A stretch of 64,000 nucleotides of DNA from Mobula hypostoma (Eukaryota). Position numbers and translations under genes: made by a program. Of the stretch, positions 37,535-51,612 are shown piece by piece (the first letter of the stretch is position 1; every line of letters starts with the position of its first letter). A model generated the notes under the pieces. It ran no database searches. It was given only the letters and a program-made list of their open reading frames with translations, and had not been told where the DNA came from. The DNA is taken from assembly GCF_963921235.1 (NCBI RefSeq), contig NC_086106.1, positions 24,800,001-24,864,000 on the forward strand, read 5' to 3'.

Positions 37535-38123
37535 GGAAGTAAACCTGTCAAATGCACTGAAAATTTTGAATGAAAAAATGGACGAGCTCACGGCGCTAGC
37601 CAGACGTCAGAGAACATTCCGGGAGTGCAGTGTTATGTGTTTCACTGGACCGGGTCTCATACCCGACCAAAACTTCTCCATGGACGCCTTCCAGACCATT
37701 CGGGCTGACCGGAAGTGCACTGAGAACGGTAAGCGTAAGGAGTTAGGTGCTTAGTGTTCTGGTTAACAACGGATGGTGTAATCCGGGTCATATGACGATC
37801 GAGGAACGTGTTTGTAGACCGGATATTGAACTTTTTTTGCTGTTGGACCTCGGCCGTATTCCAACGAGATACAACACTGGGCGGCACGGGAGGTCGTTCC
37901 TGCCTGTGGCCATAGAGCTTGCAGATCCTCCCGTGGACGGTCCGACACCCTAAGCCAATAGGCTAATCCTGGATTTATTTTCCATCTGGCATAGTTTGCA
38001 TTTTGTTGTTTGATTGTTTATGGTTTTTGTATTGCTATATTTATGTTCCCTTCTTGGTTGGTGCGGCTGTAACGAAACTCAATTTCCCTCGGAATCAATA
38101 AAGTATATCTATCTATCTATCTG

Positions 38124-38156
<33 letters not shown>

Positions 38157-38168
38157 TTATCCATCTAT
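37535..38168 (+). mobile_element. Internally deleted Rex1/Babar-type LINE with (TATC)n tail
   Basis: Endonuclease start NEKMDELTALARRQRTFRECSVMCFT joined within about 300 bp to the 3' end. AATAAAG followed by (TATC)n at about 38098-38168. Absent from the paralog at about 54100-54160. Confidence 0.7.
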
Positions 38169-38430
38169 AGCGCTTATAAACTGAAATCGCCTTACTGGAT
38201 ATGCACGATCGTTGTTATTAATATCTCAGTTGAACGTAAAGTGTATTTTCACATTTCATGGCTAGTCATCGCATATGTCCTTTATCTATTGGGTCCTTCA
38301 GTTGACAATTATACCCTATCCTCAGAAGACGCAGTACTGGTTCCTTCGATGAATTCGACTGTACATATTCGCCTCGCCGATTGCCCTGGTGTCTATACAC
38401 TGAATTTGGCTGTATATTGCGACATGAATA

Positions 38431-41335
38431 ACAATAGAAACCATAGAAACTACAGCACAGAAACAGGCCTTTTGGCCCTTCTTGGCTGTGCCGAACCATT
38501 TTCTGCCTAGTCCAGCTGACCTGCACACGGACCATATCCCTCCATACACCTCCCATCCATGTATCTGTCCAATTTATTCTTAAATGTTAAAAAAAAAACG
38601 CATTTACCACCTCGTCGGCAGCTCATTCCATACTCCAACCACGCTCTGGGTGAAGCAGTCCCCGCTAATATTCCCTTTAAACTGTTCCCCCTCACTCTTA
38701 ACCCATGTCCTCTGTTTTTTCTTTTCTCCCCTTGCCTCAGTGGAAAAAGCCTGCTTGCATTCACTCTATCTATACCCATCATAATTGTATATACCTCTAT
38801 CAAATCTCCCCTCATTCTTCTAAGCTCCAGGGGATAAAGTCCTGACCTATTCAACCTTCCTCTGTAACTGAGTTTCTCAAGTCCCGGGAACATCCTTGTA
38901 AACCTTCTATGCACGCTTTCAAACATATTTATATCCTTCCTGTAATTTGCTGACCAAAACTGAACACAATACTCCATATTCGGCCTCACCAATGCCTCAT
39001 ACAACCTCATCATAACATTCCAACTCTTATACTCAATTCTTTGATTAATAAAGGGCAATGTACCAGATGCTGTCTTTACGACCCTATCTGCCTGTGACAC
39101 CACGTTTAGGGAATTTTGTATCTGTATTCCCAGATCCCTCTGTTCAAATGAACTCCTCAGTGCCTTACCATTAACTCTGTATGTTCTACGTTGTTTTGTC
39201 CTTCTAACGTGCAATACCTCACACTTGTGAGTATTAAACTCCATCTGCCATTTTTCAGCCCATTTTTCCAGCTGGTTCAAGTCCCTCTGCAGGCTCTGAA
39301 AACGTTCCTCACTGTCTACTATACCTCCAATCTTTGTATCATCAGCAAACTTGCTGATCCAATTTACCACATTATCATCCAGATCATTGATATAGATGAC
39401 AAATAACAATGGACCCAGCACTGATCCCTGTGGCACACCACTAGTCACAGGCCTCCACTCAGACAAGCAATTCTCTACCACCACTCTCTGGCTTCTTCCA
39501 TCGAGCCAATATCTAATCCAATTTACCACCTCTCCATGTATACCTAGCGACTGAATTTTCCTAACTAACCTCCCATGCGGGACCTTGTCGAAGGCCTTAC
39601 TGAAGTCCATGTAGACAATATCCACTGCCTTCCCTTCATCCACTTTCCTGGTAACCTCCTCGAAAAACTCCAGTAGATTGGTCAAACATGATCTTCCACG
39701 CACAAAACCATGTTGACTCTCCCTAATGAGTCCCCGTCTATCGGAATGCTTGTAGATTCTGTCTCTTAGTACTCCCTCCAATAACTTACCTACTACGGAC
39801 GTTAAACTTACTGGCCTATAATTTCCCAGATTACTTTTCGATCCCTTTTTGAACAACGGAACAACATGAGCAACTCTGCAATCCTCCGGCACCTTACCTG
39901 TAGACAGCGACATTTTAAATATTTCACCAAGGGCCACTGCAATTTCAACACTAGTTTCCTTCAAGGTCCGAAGGAACACCTTGTCAGGTACCAGGGATTT
40001 ATCCACTTTAATTTTCCTCAAGACAGCAAGGACCTGCTCCTTTTTGATCTGTACATATTCCATGATCTCACTACTGGTTTCCCTTAATTCCATAGACTTC
40101 ATGCCAGTTTCCTTAGTAAATACAGACGCAAAAAAAAAAAAAAAGAACTATTTAAGATCTCCCCCATTTCCTTTGGTTCCGCACATAGCCGACCACTCTG
40201 ATCTTCAAGAGGACCAATTTTATCCCTTACAATCCTTTCCTCTTAATATACCTGTAAAAGCTCTTTGGATTATCCTTCACTTTGACTGCCAAGGCAACCT
40301 CAAGTCTTCTTTTAGCACTCCTGATTTCTTTCTTAACTATTTTCTTGCACTTCTTATACTCCTCAAGCACCTTATTTACTCCATCTTCCTATACACGTCA
40401 TACAACTCCCTCTTCTTCTTTATCAGAGTTGCAATATCCCTTGAGAAACAAGCTTCCTTATTCCTATTCACCTTGCCTTTAATCCTGACGGGAACATACA
40501 AATTCTGCACTCTCAAAAATTCTGCTTTGAAGGTTTCCCACCTACCGATCACATCCATGCCAGCGAACAACCTGTCCCAATCCACGTTTTTTCAGATCCT
40601 CTCTCATTTCTTCAAATTTGGCCTTCTTCCAGTTAAGAACCTCAACACTAGGACCAGATCTATCCTTGTCCATGATCAAGTTGAAACTAATGATGTTATG
40701 ATCGCTGGAACCAAAGTGCTCCCCTACACAGACTTCTGTCACTTGTCCTAACTCGTTTCCTAACAGGAGATCCAATATTGCACCCCATCTAGTTGGTCCC
40801 TCTATATATTGATTTAGAAAACTTTCCTGAACACATTTTACAAACTCTAAACCATCTAGACCCCTAACAGTACGGAGACCCAATCAATATATGGAAAATT
40901 AAAATCCCCTACCACCAGAACTTTATGTTTCCTGCAGTGGCCTGCTATCTCACTGCAGATTTGCACTTCCAATTCTCTTTGACTATTGGGTGGTCTATAA
41001 TACAATGCCACTAATGTGGCCATACCTTTCCTGTTTCTCAGCTCCACCCATAAGGACTCAGTAGACAAGCCCTCTAATCTGTCCTGCCTGAGCACTGCTG
41101 TAATATTTTCCCTAACAAGCAATGCCACTCCCCCACCTTTCATTCCTCTCCCTCGATCACATCTGAAACATCGGAACCCTGGATATTAAGCTGCCCGTCC
41201 TGCCCCTCCTGTAGCCAAGTTTCACTAATTGCTACAACGTCATAATTCCACGTGTCAATCCACGCCCTCAACTCATCCGCCTTCCCCGCAATACTCCTAG
41301 CATTGAAATATGGGCACCTCAGAAGATTTTTACCA
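38431..41335 (-). mobile_element. CR1 LINE with a 531-codon open RT region
   Basis: ORF 38507-40102 (YRPVSLTS, QHGF, VPQGSVLGP, KFADDTK). Frameshifted APE upstream to about 41335; (TTTCTATG)-type tail at about 38431-38450. Confidence 0.95.
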
Positions 41336-41799
41336 GTTAGTAGCATTCAGGTTATCATTCCAATCTTAGAAATACATTTAAATAGGTAGTCTTTCAACAT
41401 TGTCTTAACTAAATATTGGACGATCTTTTTTTTCAGATTCCATGTCTGCAATGTTTGCCTCCCTGAACCAGCAGATTTTATCACCGTCTTCCATACGACA
41501 GACGCCTCTTCCAGCAGTCCAGTCACTACTAAGAAGGGTTGTGTAATTTCCGCCCGTAAAAAAGGTCGCCAAACTGCGCAGGTTCGACGGTCGTATCCGT
41601 TGTGCTCATACCTCAAGTGTGCTGCACCTCGTTTAGGCATTGTTATTACGTTAATATCGCGGGTGTTCATATACAAGTATTCCATGCAATAGGATCGACG
41701 TGATGAAAGTGAGCATGCATTTTTTGCATTTCTCTCTCAAAAGGTTTTACTCCGACTGCAAAATTCGAGGCTAAAGGAAAGACCATGGAGTATTGCTTT

Positions 41800-44700
41800 C
41801 CAACGAACAATATATAATCTTGTAAACTTGACAAGAATTTCACAAAAGACACCATACACCATACACTATACACCACTCATCGTCTGAGTGCGTATCCCAT
41901 TGAGGAGCGAGTGGGGCGCGGTGTAATCGTTTCTGCTGCTGGTCCTTCAGTTTCCAGATGTCGCTGCAGAGCCCTCTTGCTATGTTTATGGTCCAGGTCA
42001 GGTCCTGGGTCAACACGCACCTCTTGTCCCAGAGGTAGAAGGTAGTTCCGATCGAGAATATTGACAGGCCCATCCCCATCCTCTGGTTTCACCGAGGAAA
42101 CCTGGTACCTTTTGGCAAACTATTCTACACTACATAGGGCGTAGTCGTCAGGCGGTCAGACAAGTTATGCCTCAAAGGTCGCCCCAAATACTTTATGAGG
42201 AGTCAGTCTCCAGGCTTGAGTTGGGAGAGCCTGACGTTTTGGTCATAGCTCCTCCGATTTCCTTGATCATACTTGATGCTTGCGATTTCAGCTACAGTAA
42301 TCCCTAAGCATTTTAATGTTCCCTTCTTATATCAGTCACATCTTTCTGCTGTCTTCCGCGGTGGACGTTCCACGCCAGTCCTAAAACAGAGGTCAACGGA
42401 AAAAAAACTCGTCTCGTGCCCAAACATCAGATGATATGGCCAGTACACTATGGCTTCATTTTGTGCACAGTTGTTGATGCGAACCGGATATTAAATATCT
42501 TGTTTCCACTCGTTCTTTTCGATGATCTTTAAAGTTTCGAACACGTCTAATAAGGTCCGATTGCACCTGTTGAACACCGAGCGGGACAAAAGGCGTTGTC
42601 TTCCACTTCTTGACTTCAAGCATGGTCACCAAGACATGAATGACCCGAATGTATAAATTCCGTCCTTGATCGCTATGTAGCCGCTAGGGGAGGTCGTAAT
42701 AAATGAGATACTTCTCTAACCCTTTGACCACAGTGGCCGCAAAATATCCTTGATAGGGAATGCTGGTGCATATCTGGTGTAGTGATCCGTAATGATCAGG
42801 TCATTCGCAAATTTGCTGGCATATGGATCTACTGAAAGAAAATCTAGACGCACCAGGTTAATTGGCTCGGCCTTCTTCAAGTACGACAAGGGAACGGCCC
42901 TTGCAGGCAGCGTCTTTCTCCGTGCACTTGGAACGCAGGTCTCGGAAGACTCTTCGAACTTTGGCTTCAATCAGCGTCAGTAGAACCAATATCAGAACAA
43001 TCCATTGGTCTTGTCAAACCCCGAATAGCCAGAACGATCACAATGTGATTTCAACACAGTCCTCCGATACCTTTCAGGCAAAAGCAGCTTGGAACGCCGA
43101 TATCGGTGTGGAGGCGATGTGACCGGACAAAGGATCTAGTTCCTCAACCCCATTCTGCGTCTGTCTCTCAGTAATCGTGACACCACAGATGATTTCGTCC
43201 TGTCCCCTGGGCCATGTTATTTTTCGCAACCGCTGATCAATGGATACGGATGCCAGTAGTCAGTTCTGGCAACTGGTCTCTCGTCAGAGCACTTAGTGTG
43301 CATTAAGCTTGTGTAATGGCACCACCAGACTCCCCCAAATGATCGGCCCCTGTCTTTTCAACACCTTCACGGTGATGGAAAACTGAACCATGCCTTTCAC
43401 TCCAGGGGCAGGAACACTCTCTCACTCTCCGTCCCTATCTATATCGTGGTCCGGTCCGTGAAGTCCGTATTCCTTTTCACGGTCCGGTCCATCGACCCTT
43501 GCTCCAGGTTTTCCTATCTATCCTGTTTGTGTTCTTGTTGAGCTAATTGAGGCAGCTGATGCTCGTTGGGGCTGGCTGCATAAGTAGTTTCAGAGACCCA
43601 GGCGTGGCTGCTGAATTGTTCTTGTCCTTACTCCTTCTACCCCTTCCTCTGCCTTCTATTTCCTCGCCTGAAGTTCTCGTCCCGTCTTGCATTGCCTGAA
43701 GCATTGCCTTGTCTTGCTGGTAACTCTCGCCTCACCTGAAGTTCTCGTCCCGCCTTGCATTGCCTGAAGCCTTGCCTTTTCTTGCTGGTAACTCTCGCCT
43801 GGTCTACAGTCTTGTCCTGGAGCCACCCTGTACCTAGCTCGCTTTCTGTCCATTGCCTCCGCCCAGGTAAAGCCAGGCCGTCTTGCCGTTACCTGTGGTT
43901 GGTTCTGTCCCGTCCTCTCCCTTGCCTCTGTCGGGTGGTGATCCTTGCTCTGCCCAAGAGTACCGCGCCCTGTCCAGGAGTACCGCTCCCTGCCCAGGTG
44001 ATCCGCGTCTCCTGCCTCCTGCCAAACCTCGCCTCTAGCCTTACGCCTGAAGTCTCTAGCGTCGGCCTGCCTAGTACTGGGTCCTTGTCCAGTATCTGGC
44101 TCGGAGTTCAAGCCTGGGCTCCTAGCTCTCTTCTCCAGTCCTGTTCCGTGTTCCCGGTTTTCATGTCCATGTCCTTGCTCTCACCCTGTATCCTAGTCCT
44201 GTCCCTGGTACTTCAGTGTCTGTGTCTTGCATTTGGGTCCGTTTCTACTCACCTCCTTATGACAATCTAGCTCTTCATACTGACATCGGGACAACGCATC
44301 GGCATCAGTGCTCATACTTGCCGGCCGGTATTTCAGGCTGAAATCATGGGCATCCAATTTCACGTAAGCGAAAATAACAGTAAAGTGTTTGTTATCCGTC
44401 CTCTCCTCACACTTAGCACCATGGGCGTAGTCACTTAAGTTATGCACCGCAGCGCATTTCAATGCCAGGAAATCCAACTTGTGGCTTGGATAGGTTCTTC
44501 TTTTTTTTTCCTCAGAGGTGACATAGCCCGACTGACAAATGCGACATGTCTCAACCCTGTGACCTGATCCTGATATAGAACACAGCTTAAGCCCTCTCTG
44601 CTTCATCTTATGCAATTCATATGTCAACCGGGAATCTGCAAAAGTCAGCACAGGCGTATTGGTCAGCAGCTCCTTCAGCGACTGAAATGCCTCTTCACAT

Positions 44701-44995
44701 TTCGCAAACCATCACCCTCTAAAATACTCCGAAGGACCAAGATAATATTTAGCATCCACTCATTTTCTCATTCTTCCTTTTTGTCCCTGAGAGAGGATAA
44801 ACCACAGAATCTGATTGACAGGAGAACTCACTTTAAAATAGTCCTTCATGAAGCTCCGATAGTACTCGCAGAACCCAAGGAAATAACGCAGGGCCATCAC
44901 AGTTGGGGTCTTGGCTATCGGTTTCCGTCACTTTTTTTAGATGGATCTATAGCTACTCCATCCCGAGAGACTATATGCTCAACAGAGATGACAGA
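41800..44995 (-). mobile_element. Gypsy pol remnant (RT-RNaseH-integrase), decayed
   Basis: RT remnant at about 44.6-45.0k; LDFLALK..LKYRPASMSTDADALSR; integrase LVRLDFLSV..IITDHYTRYA; KPEDGDGPVNILDRNYLLPLGQEV. Confidence 0.8.
43445..44264. mobile_element. Solo LTR nested in the Gypsy pol
   Basis: Start GGTCCGGTCCGTGAAGTC and end GCATTTGGGTCCG..TGACA match 11218-12696; it carries a 68-bp tandem duplication at 43667-43800. Confidence 0.75.
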
Positions 44996-45370
44996 TTAAT
45001 CATCTTCATTTGAAAACTGCCATTTCAAATAAACCGTACATCAGAAATAAATTGCTTTAATCAAGTTTCGGCAGCTATGTGGAAAAAAAAAAGTTTTATT
45101 CATGCTGCCCAGTGTAATACGACGCTCTTTGCTGTGATGCAATACCGGTGGACAAGAATCGGGGCAGCCAAATATGCACAATATCAAAGGAGTGTTTCGA
45201 GGTTAGAAGACACTATATCCCTGACTACACCTAGGGCTTTACGATGAGAGGACCCGAAAGTTTGAACAGCTGGATATGCTAATACTGTATTTAAAGGGAT
45301 CATATTGCAAGTTTCTGAGGAATTACTCCTTGTTTATCATATAATTTTATCAGGTGCACTGACTGGAGTC

Positions 45371-45975
45371 CAAGGTCGACAAGCCAAGTGGTGGTAGTGG
45401 GGACCGGCTCCCACTACCTAAATGTGCTCCTCACGGCATGCGCCTCAAATAGCCTCTGACAACCAAGTTCAACTCATGGCCTTCTTGTTTGGCTTAGCCT
45501 CTAAATCCGGCGGAACAGGAGACAGGAAAGGGGGATAAAGCAGATCTTGGCGCCTTAAAACCAGTGTTTCGGGTAGACAGAGCTCATTAGCCTCAGAAGG
45601 CAGTGCATTTAAGAGAGGGAAAACTCTGATTTCAAACCTTCGCTACCTTCCGGCCATAGTGAATCATGTGAAAAGTTTCCGGAGTAAACCCTGAAGTCAA
45701 ATCCAGAGCAGGAGTCCCTAAGGCAGTCCGACGTTGTATTCACCCTCGTTCGGGTAACTCCTGTGACGACACTGGTGTCAAGCTATATTGGCCTTTGTCC
45801 TTCCCTTGGACAACATCTGTGTCATGGAGAGTGAAGACTTGCAGCATGGGCAACTGCCGATCTTCTGTACAATCTTGTCCAGACCCGCGCCCTGGAGAGG
45901 ACACTGCAGTAGAATTTTGAGGCGCAGATCCATGGTCTCGCGAGACTTGCGAATGCCACCACTCACTGAGTTGTC
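45371..45975. repeat. Unclassified interspersed repeat (GC-richer); 3' part also at positions 1-115
   Basis: 45861-45975 matches 1-115 (GGCGCAGATCCATGGTCT..GCGAGACTTGCG). The family is not identified. Confidence 0.4.
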
Positions 45976-48900
45976 TAAGAAAAATATCGAAATCAATTTT
46001 CGTTTACAGCTGGTAGACGGGGGTATGTGAGTTTGACCCCAAAAATAATCGTATTCACATTCAACGACTGGCTGATTTGTAAATACCTCCTAGGATTGAT
46101 ATTTGAGCTTCTTATTTCTGCCTGTTTTGCAAGCTTGTTTGGAATATAGCCGCTACGTGACGTACAGGAATTATTCACTGAGACAAATGTTTGTCAGCAC
46201 ACAGAGAATGTGACTGAAATTTCCACTATCTTGTAAAGAGGACTGGGAACAGAAAATACCTCGGACCAACAGAAACTATTTTCTGCTTAATTCATAAAAA
46301 TCGCAGAGCTTCCTTTCCTGTTGTCCTAAATCTACGTACGTTCATATTGATCTATTTATTTGTTTTCGTTTTGCAGAAAATCAGCCACAACATAAGTGAC
46401 TGATTACCTAAATTTGTTAAAGGTCCATACATATGTACAAGCGTTGGTGCAGAAACTGAGTGTTTCAAGTAAATGTTTACTTGAGTTGAAATAAATCTTC
46501 AGCTATTTTCATTAAACAAGTTGTTCGTTAATTCCACTTTTAGAAAATTCTTAATAATCGTCAACCGCAACAGAAGAAACTGCGCCGCACAGTCAACAAC
46601 AACTGTAATGCATTTTATTCCTTATTGTTGGATCATTTTACGTGCAACCGTCCACTAGAATATGTATCGCAACCAGAATATTAATCATAAACAGGGTACG
46701 CACTTGCGTAACTCTAATATGATCACGATAAACACCTATTCATTTGCTGTATAACTATTTGCTCTGAAGCTGAAACGTTAGATTTGTCGTTTATACCGCA
46801 AATATGCAAAAGAAATAGGTCCGGTCATCTAGCAGCTAACACGAAAATTGTTGTAATGACAGATTTGCCTGGTATTATAGCGAAATTTCCGCACCCAGCA
46901 TCAAATGGCAATGAACTGACCGTGCGCGAAGAGAGATATGCTTTCGAAATTCATTGACGACCAAATTTGTAGCCCGTTATCGCGTGGAGGAATCTTACAG
47001 TGGGAGAAATGTTCCGAAACGAGCTGAACTACTGTAGTATCGATGGCCAAGATATCGGTACGAACTTCCAAAATAGACAGTTATGACGAGGGTCCGCAAA
47101 AAAAAAAATTGGGAAATATTTTAGTTGCCTCGAGTTTCATGAAAAGAGGGAAAGGTCAAAGAGTTACACAGTAGCGTACTGATTAGCACAACGTTCTAAT
47201 GTACTTATGACACATATTCAATTCCCACCACTGCTCGTAAGGAGATTGCACTTGTTTCTCCACAACCGCAGGATTTGTATCGGGTGATTAAGTGCCTAAG
47301 GTCTGGCTGGATTTCGTCAGCTGATTGGTTATTGTTAACTGTAGCGTAAATGAGCTCGGATTTAATCAGTGTATTGATGGGCTGCGAGCAATGAAGTGCA
47401 GAAAGGGCCAATTCCTTACTGTATCTCAAATACATAAGTAATCAAACAAACCAGCACATAAGTAGGTAAACAACAACTAGTTTGCCCAGCAAATCATATG
47501 TTCGGTGCGGAGTCGGGATGAATTTGGATTAAAAAATATATATATCCAATGGTTATAGATGTTTTTTTTCCATTTATTTTAAATTCCCATGTTCTTCGTA
47601 TTTTTGCAGAACCGATGAAACCCTTTAAAGTACATGCCCGGAGATTCTTCAAAACTGCATCTATTGCGGAATCCCTCTCGTGTGAAAAGGTGAAACCGAA
47701 ATTTACCCTGACAACATTTCTATTTTCACGCCCATTATTTGGCTATATTTGAAATAATTTCTGCACTATGTTCACAGTGAAGCTGCACGAGTGTAATTAT
47801 GTTCAGAAGTCGAAATGGATTACGCCTTAGTTGCACAATCCTTGCGTTACACTCGCAAAACTCCATGATCGAGCGTTAAGAATCTCTTAACAGCATGAAA
47901 CGTCTGAGTTTACTCCAGGCTGTCGATTTCAAATTTCCTTTTTTCATCTAAAATGTTGTATATTTCTGAACGTCTTGAAAGTTGAGTATCGATTTCATAA
48001 TATCAACAGAAGGATGCAACGACGGCATTGCTTATTGAAACGTCGTTTATAACATTGCAGTAATAGTCCACAAAATAACAGATACGCAATATTATTCGGA
48101 AGGACAGTGATGCTCCAGAGGGGACAAGTGATTGAGCAGCAAATCTCGCCTGACTGGAAGTGATGTTGGCTGTCGATTTAATAATCGCCTTTGAATATTG
48201 CTGAATTGTCGCAACTCATTGAGTCATGTTGAGTAATTTTTCCATTGTCATGATGAGACGAGGTATCTGCTAAATTGTTTGAAACGCAATTATTTATTTA
48301 TGTGCTTGCTTGGATATGTATTCTTATTATCTGCAGAACTACATAGTTAGCTGTTCGTCTGTGCTATAATTTGTTTATTTATTTATGTTTTTTTTAAATG
48401 CTTTAGATTTATTGATTTACTCGCCCTGTTATGTGTTTATTAATTTATCTACTTGTGTTACTTTTTCGAGTTATTTATTTATTACCCGATAATTATTTAT
48501 TTATGAATTATTTACTCAAAAAACGAGGTAGACTTTGAGTACAAAACCGTAAAATTTTGGCCACATTTTATAATTCATACACACTCTCTTTTGGACTTCT
48601 GGTGACAAAACAAAACAAAAAAAAAAAGGTCGACATGATAATACAAGTCGTTTGATTACCTTAACATTTTACTGAGAATTAACGTGAAGGTATTTTCCAG
48701 CTGATCGATAGATTATGCAATACATAAAAATGTTTTATATATATATAAATAAAAAACAGCACTGAAAGAAATGTAAGTTTGGAGCATTTGGATGTAAATT
48801 AAATGATTGATTCTAAACCGAGAAAAAAATATTCATTTCCCTATTGAACTGAGTTCAGTATGTTTTCATCTGGGACGCTGCCATTTACTAATACAGATAC

Positions 48901-48994
48901 ATTTTTCCTACGTGTTCGTAATTATAGCTAATAATAGATGAAGAAAGACACACTTTCTCTAAATTTATTCACATATTAAAATTGTTTTCCTCTT

Positions 48995-49389
48995 TCTCTG
49001 AGACGATTCGTTCGTTAAAACAGAAAATGACAGTCACGAGGCCTACAGGTATTTACTCTATGATTTTTTTTCTTTATTTTTCACATCTGTACGAATTTAT
49101 TTCCTACCTCAGACAAAAAATGTAACCCGTGATTAAAATTGCTCCAACATCGTCGTTAGGCGACATTATCAGAGCGAAAACAACAAATCTCACCGTGTAA
49201 ACATTCTCACAAGCCCTGATCAAATAAGATTAAGTTCAGTGTGTTAGTTAATCTTCTGTTTATGTTGCATGGCTCTTTAACAACTATCTTTAAGACCTGG
49301 ATCTCCGTTGCACTCTAGTCACTGATTCTGCAGTTTACACTGGTTCGTAATAGTTTGTAATAGATTATTAGGTATATGATAGATGGCAT
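48995..49389 (-). pseudogene. Degenerate V pseudogene, paralog of 21975-22359
   Basis: MPSIIYLIIYYKLLRTSVNCRISD*SATEIQVLKIVVKEPCNINRRLTNTLNLILFDQ in a single frame (Cys, then LFDQ at the WYxQ position 14 residues later); TAC CTG TAG at YLC. Confidence 0.55.
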
Positions 49390-51612
49390 GAACTCATCTT
49401 CACTCTGCACAGATGCTGATTGAATTGTGGATTTTTGTTTCACGTTTTCATTCATTTGTGAAACTGAGGACGCAGTATGTCGCCTTTGTCATAGGTATAC
49501 ATGAAAGTGTGCAGCGCCACTGACTCTGAACATGTTGTTTTAATCGTGACCACGCAGTGTCCTTCCATACAATCCTATTCAATGATATACAAACTCACTC
49601 CATATTACAGAAACAACTCTGTTACTGGGCCCTGCGTCTGCTTTCACTGTGGTAGTCTGACAAATTCCATAACATTTACTGAGCACTTTATAACATTCAC
49701 AAGGTTCATATAGGCAGCTGCAGAAATAGTAAAAAAAGATTGGACATAAAACCGCTTCATACTAGAGCACGTGCTGATGTATTAGACTGAGTTATTGGGC
49801 AAATTGTTTTTAGTCCCTCGATAGAAAGTGCGATATACAGCATTATCAATCCTCGCAATGGGTAACATGAAACTAAATTAATTAGCAGCATCGGGTATAC
49901 AATGAATATTGTTTTATTGTAAACTTGTGGTAATTACTCTCAGATATGTCATATGATTGTTATCTTATATTACCTCATTGCCTTATATTACATACTACAT
50001 TATACATTAAAACCTCGTTGAGCAGTTCCAGGAATTGCTGTCACGTTATAAGAACAGCTTCACCCCATTCCTTTCTACGTCTGTCTCTTTTCCACATCAT
50101 ATGCACAGTAATAGATCGGCGTTCAATCAGAAATGATTCAAAATTCAGGTGAAAATTTTTTTGAATCAGAATATGATGATATGTGAGATACTGTAACACA
50201 AGGGATGTAGTCTGCACTTTCTAAAGCATGCTTCCGAGAAGGTTAGAGTATGAACACATCATCTGTTTAGAAGCTTCGTTAAAGTCATACAATCCAGGAT
50301 TAGGTTCAATGCGATTGAGTTTCATTTTTTTTTCAATTATGCCTCTATTAATGGGGATATTGTTTACTTCCGATACCACAAGTTTTTATGACAATTAAAC
50401 ATCACTTTACTCTTGCCGATGATGAACGACACAGTCCCACAGTCAACAGTCCAAGGTCAAGACCTCGCATTGCACTGAGCCAAAATGCGTGACTTGTTTT
50501 TTGTTCTCTACGACTTGTGAATCATTAATCAAAGCATGCGGAAAATGTTCACTCGGATGGTACTACATCATATCCTGCTGAAAAATCACAAAAAAAAACA
50601 ACGTTCGTCTGATTTTTTTTTTGTTCATTTCTGAGTCTCTAACTCAGAAAACAGGTGAGTGACAAATTCATTTAAATTAGGCGGTACATTTGCAAAATAA
50701 TCTCAACATTCAGGAAAGGAGGCACTGATTCATACCCTAACAGTACTATCTACGTATATCCATTGATCCTTTATAACAATCAGCTTGATCATCAAAAGTT
50801 TGAGCCCAGGTTTACGAAAGAAAAGCGTTGAATCATAAGCGATTGATTGTCTGCAGTTAGTAAGGTAACTTGATTATTTTCATTTCACATGACAATTATA
50901 ACGACGGAAACTTTGGGAACACCCAGCTGGTGAGGATACTTCTGCAAAAATCGAAGAATGAACAGTCCAAGTGAGCGAACTGCTTAATCTCTGCTGCCAC
51001 CAAGCGGAATATATCTTCTTTGCTCCTGGCGATGTTACACGAACTCAGTGCTTCCTTCACGTAACAACAGCGAATACACAATCACTACCTCCATACGCCT
51101 AATTAATTGGTAAGTTATTCGGAGAAAAGCTACTTTGACAGGTTGCATGTGAACACGTCAAAATATCGTGCGCTGATCAATTCTGCAGTCTCCAAATTCT
51201 GCCAGAAATCCACATCAGAGAAGAGTAAAGACGGTTGCTGCACGCAGAGTTTGTTACCCTCCCATTTATTCTGCTCGCAACCTTTGCCTTGATGGGCAAC
51301 CGCAATTTGTTGACGCTCTTCTCCACGAGAATTGCCTGCTGCCACACATTCCTTCGCCTTTGCGTGGCTCTGCGGTGTTTATGACAGCTCACAAAGTATT
51401 CGACTCATTTGTTGTACACTTTTGCGATCGCCTTCGCAAAATTTTATTTCCCGTACTGCGTCTGATCGCGTTTTTCTATTGTGTCTTTAGATGTTCAACG
51501 CCGTGCGCGGCCTGAAGTGATTGGTCGGTTTGGCTAAGTGTATGTGTATTTCTCCTCTGGCAAAGAGTTTCCACTCTGTTGTCACGGTAGTACAGAGTCA
51601 AACACAGTGATT

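Larger units (their letters stand above)
21575..41800 (+). repeat. Third, more diverged copy of the same block (partial)
   Basis: 21575-22870 matches 2700-3975; 29527-30700 matches 7530-8200; 36240-36780 matches 9690-10060 + 12785-12920; 41340-41720 matches 55340-55700/57320. Confidence 0.85.
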
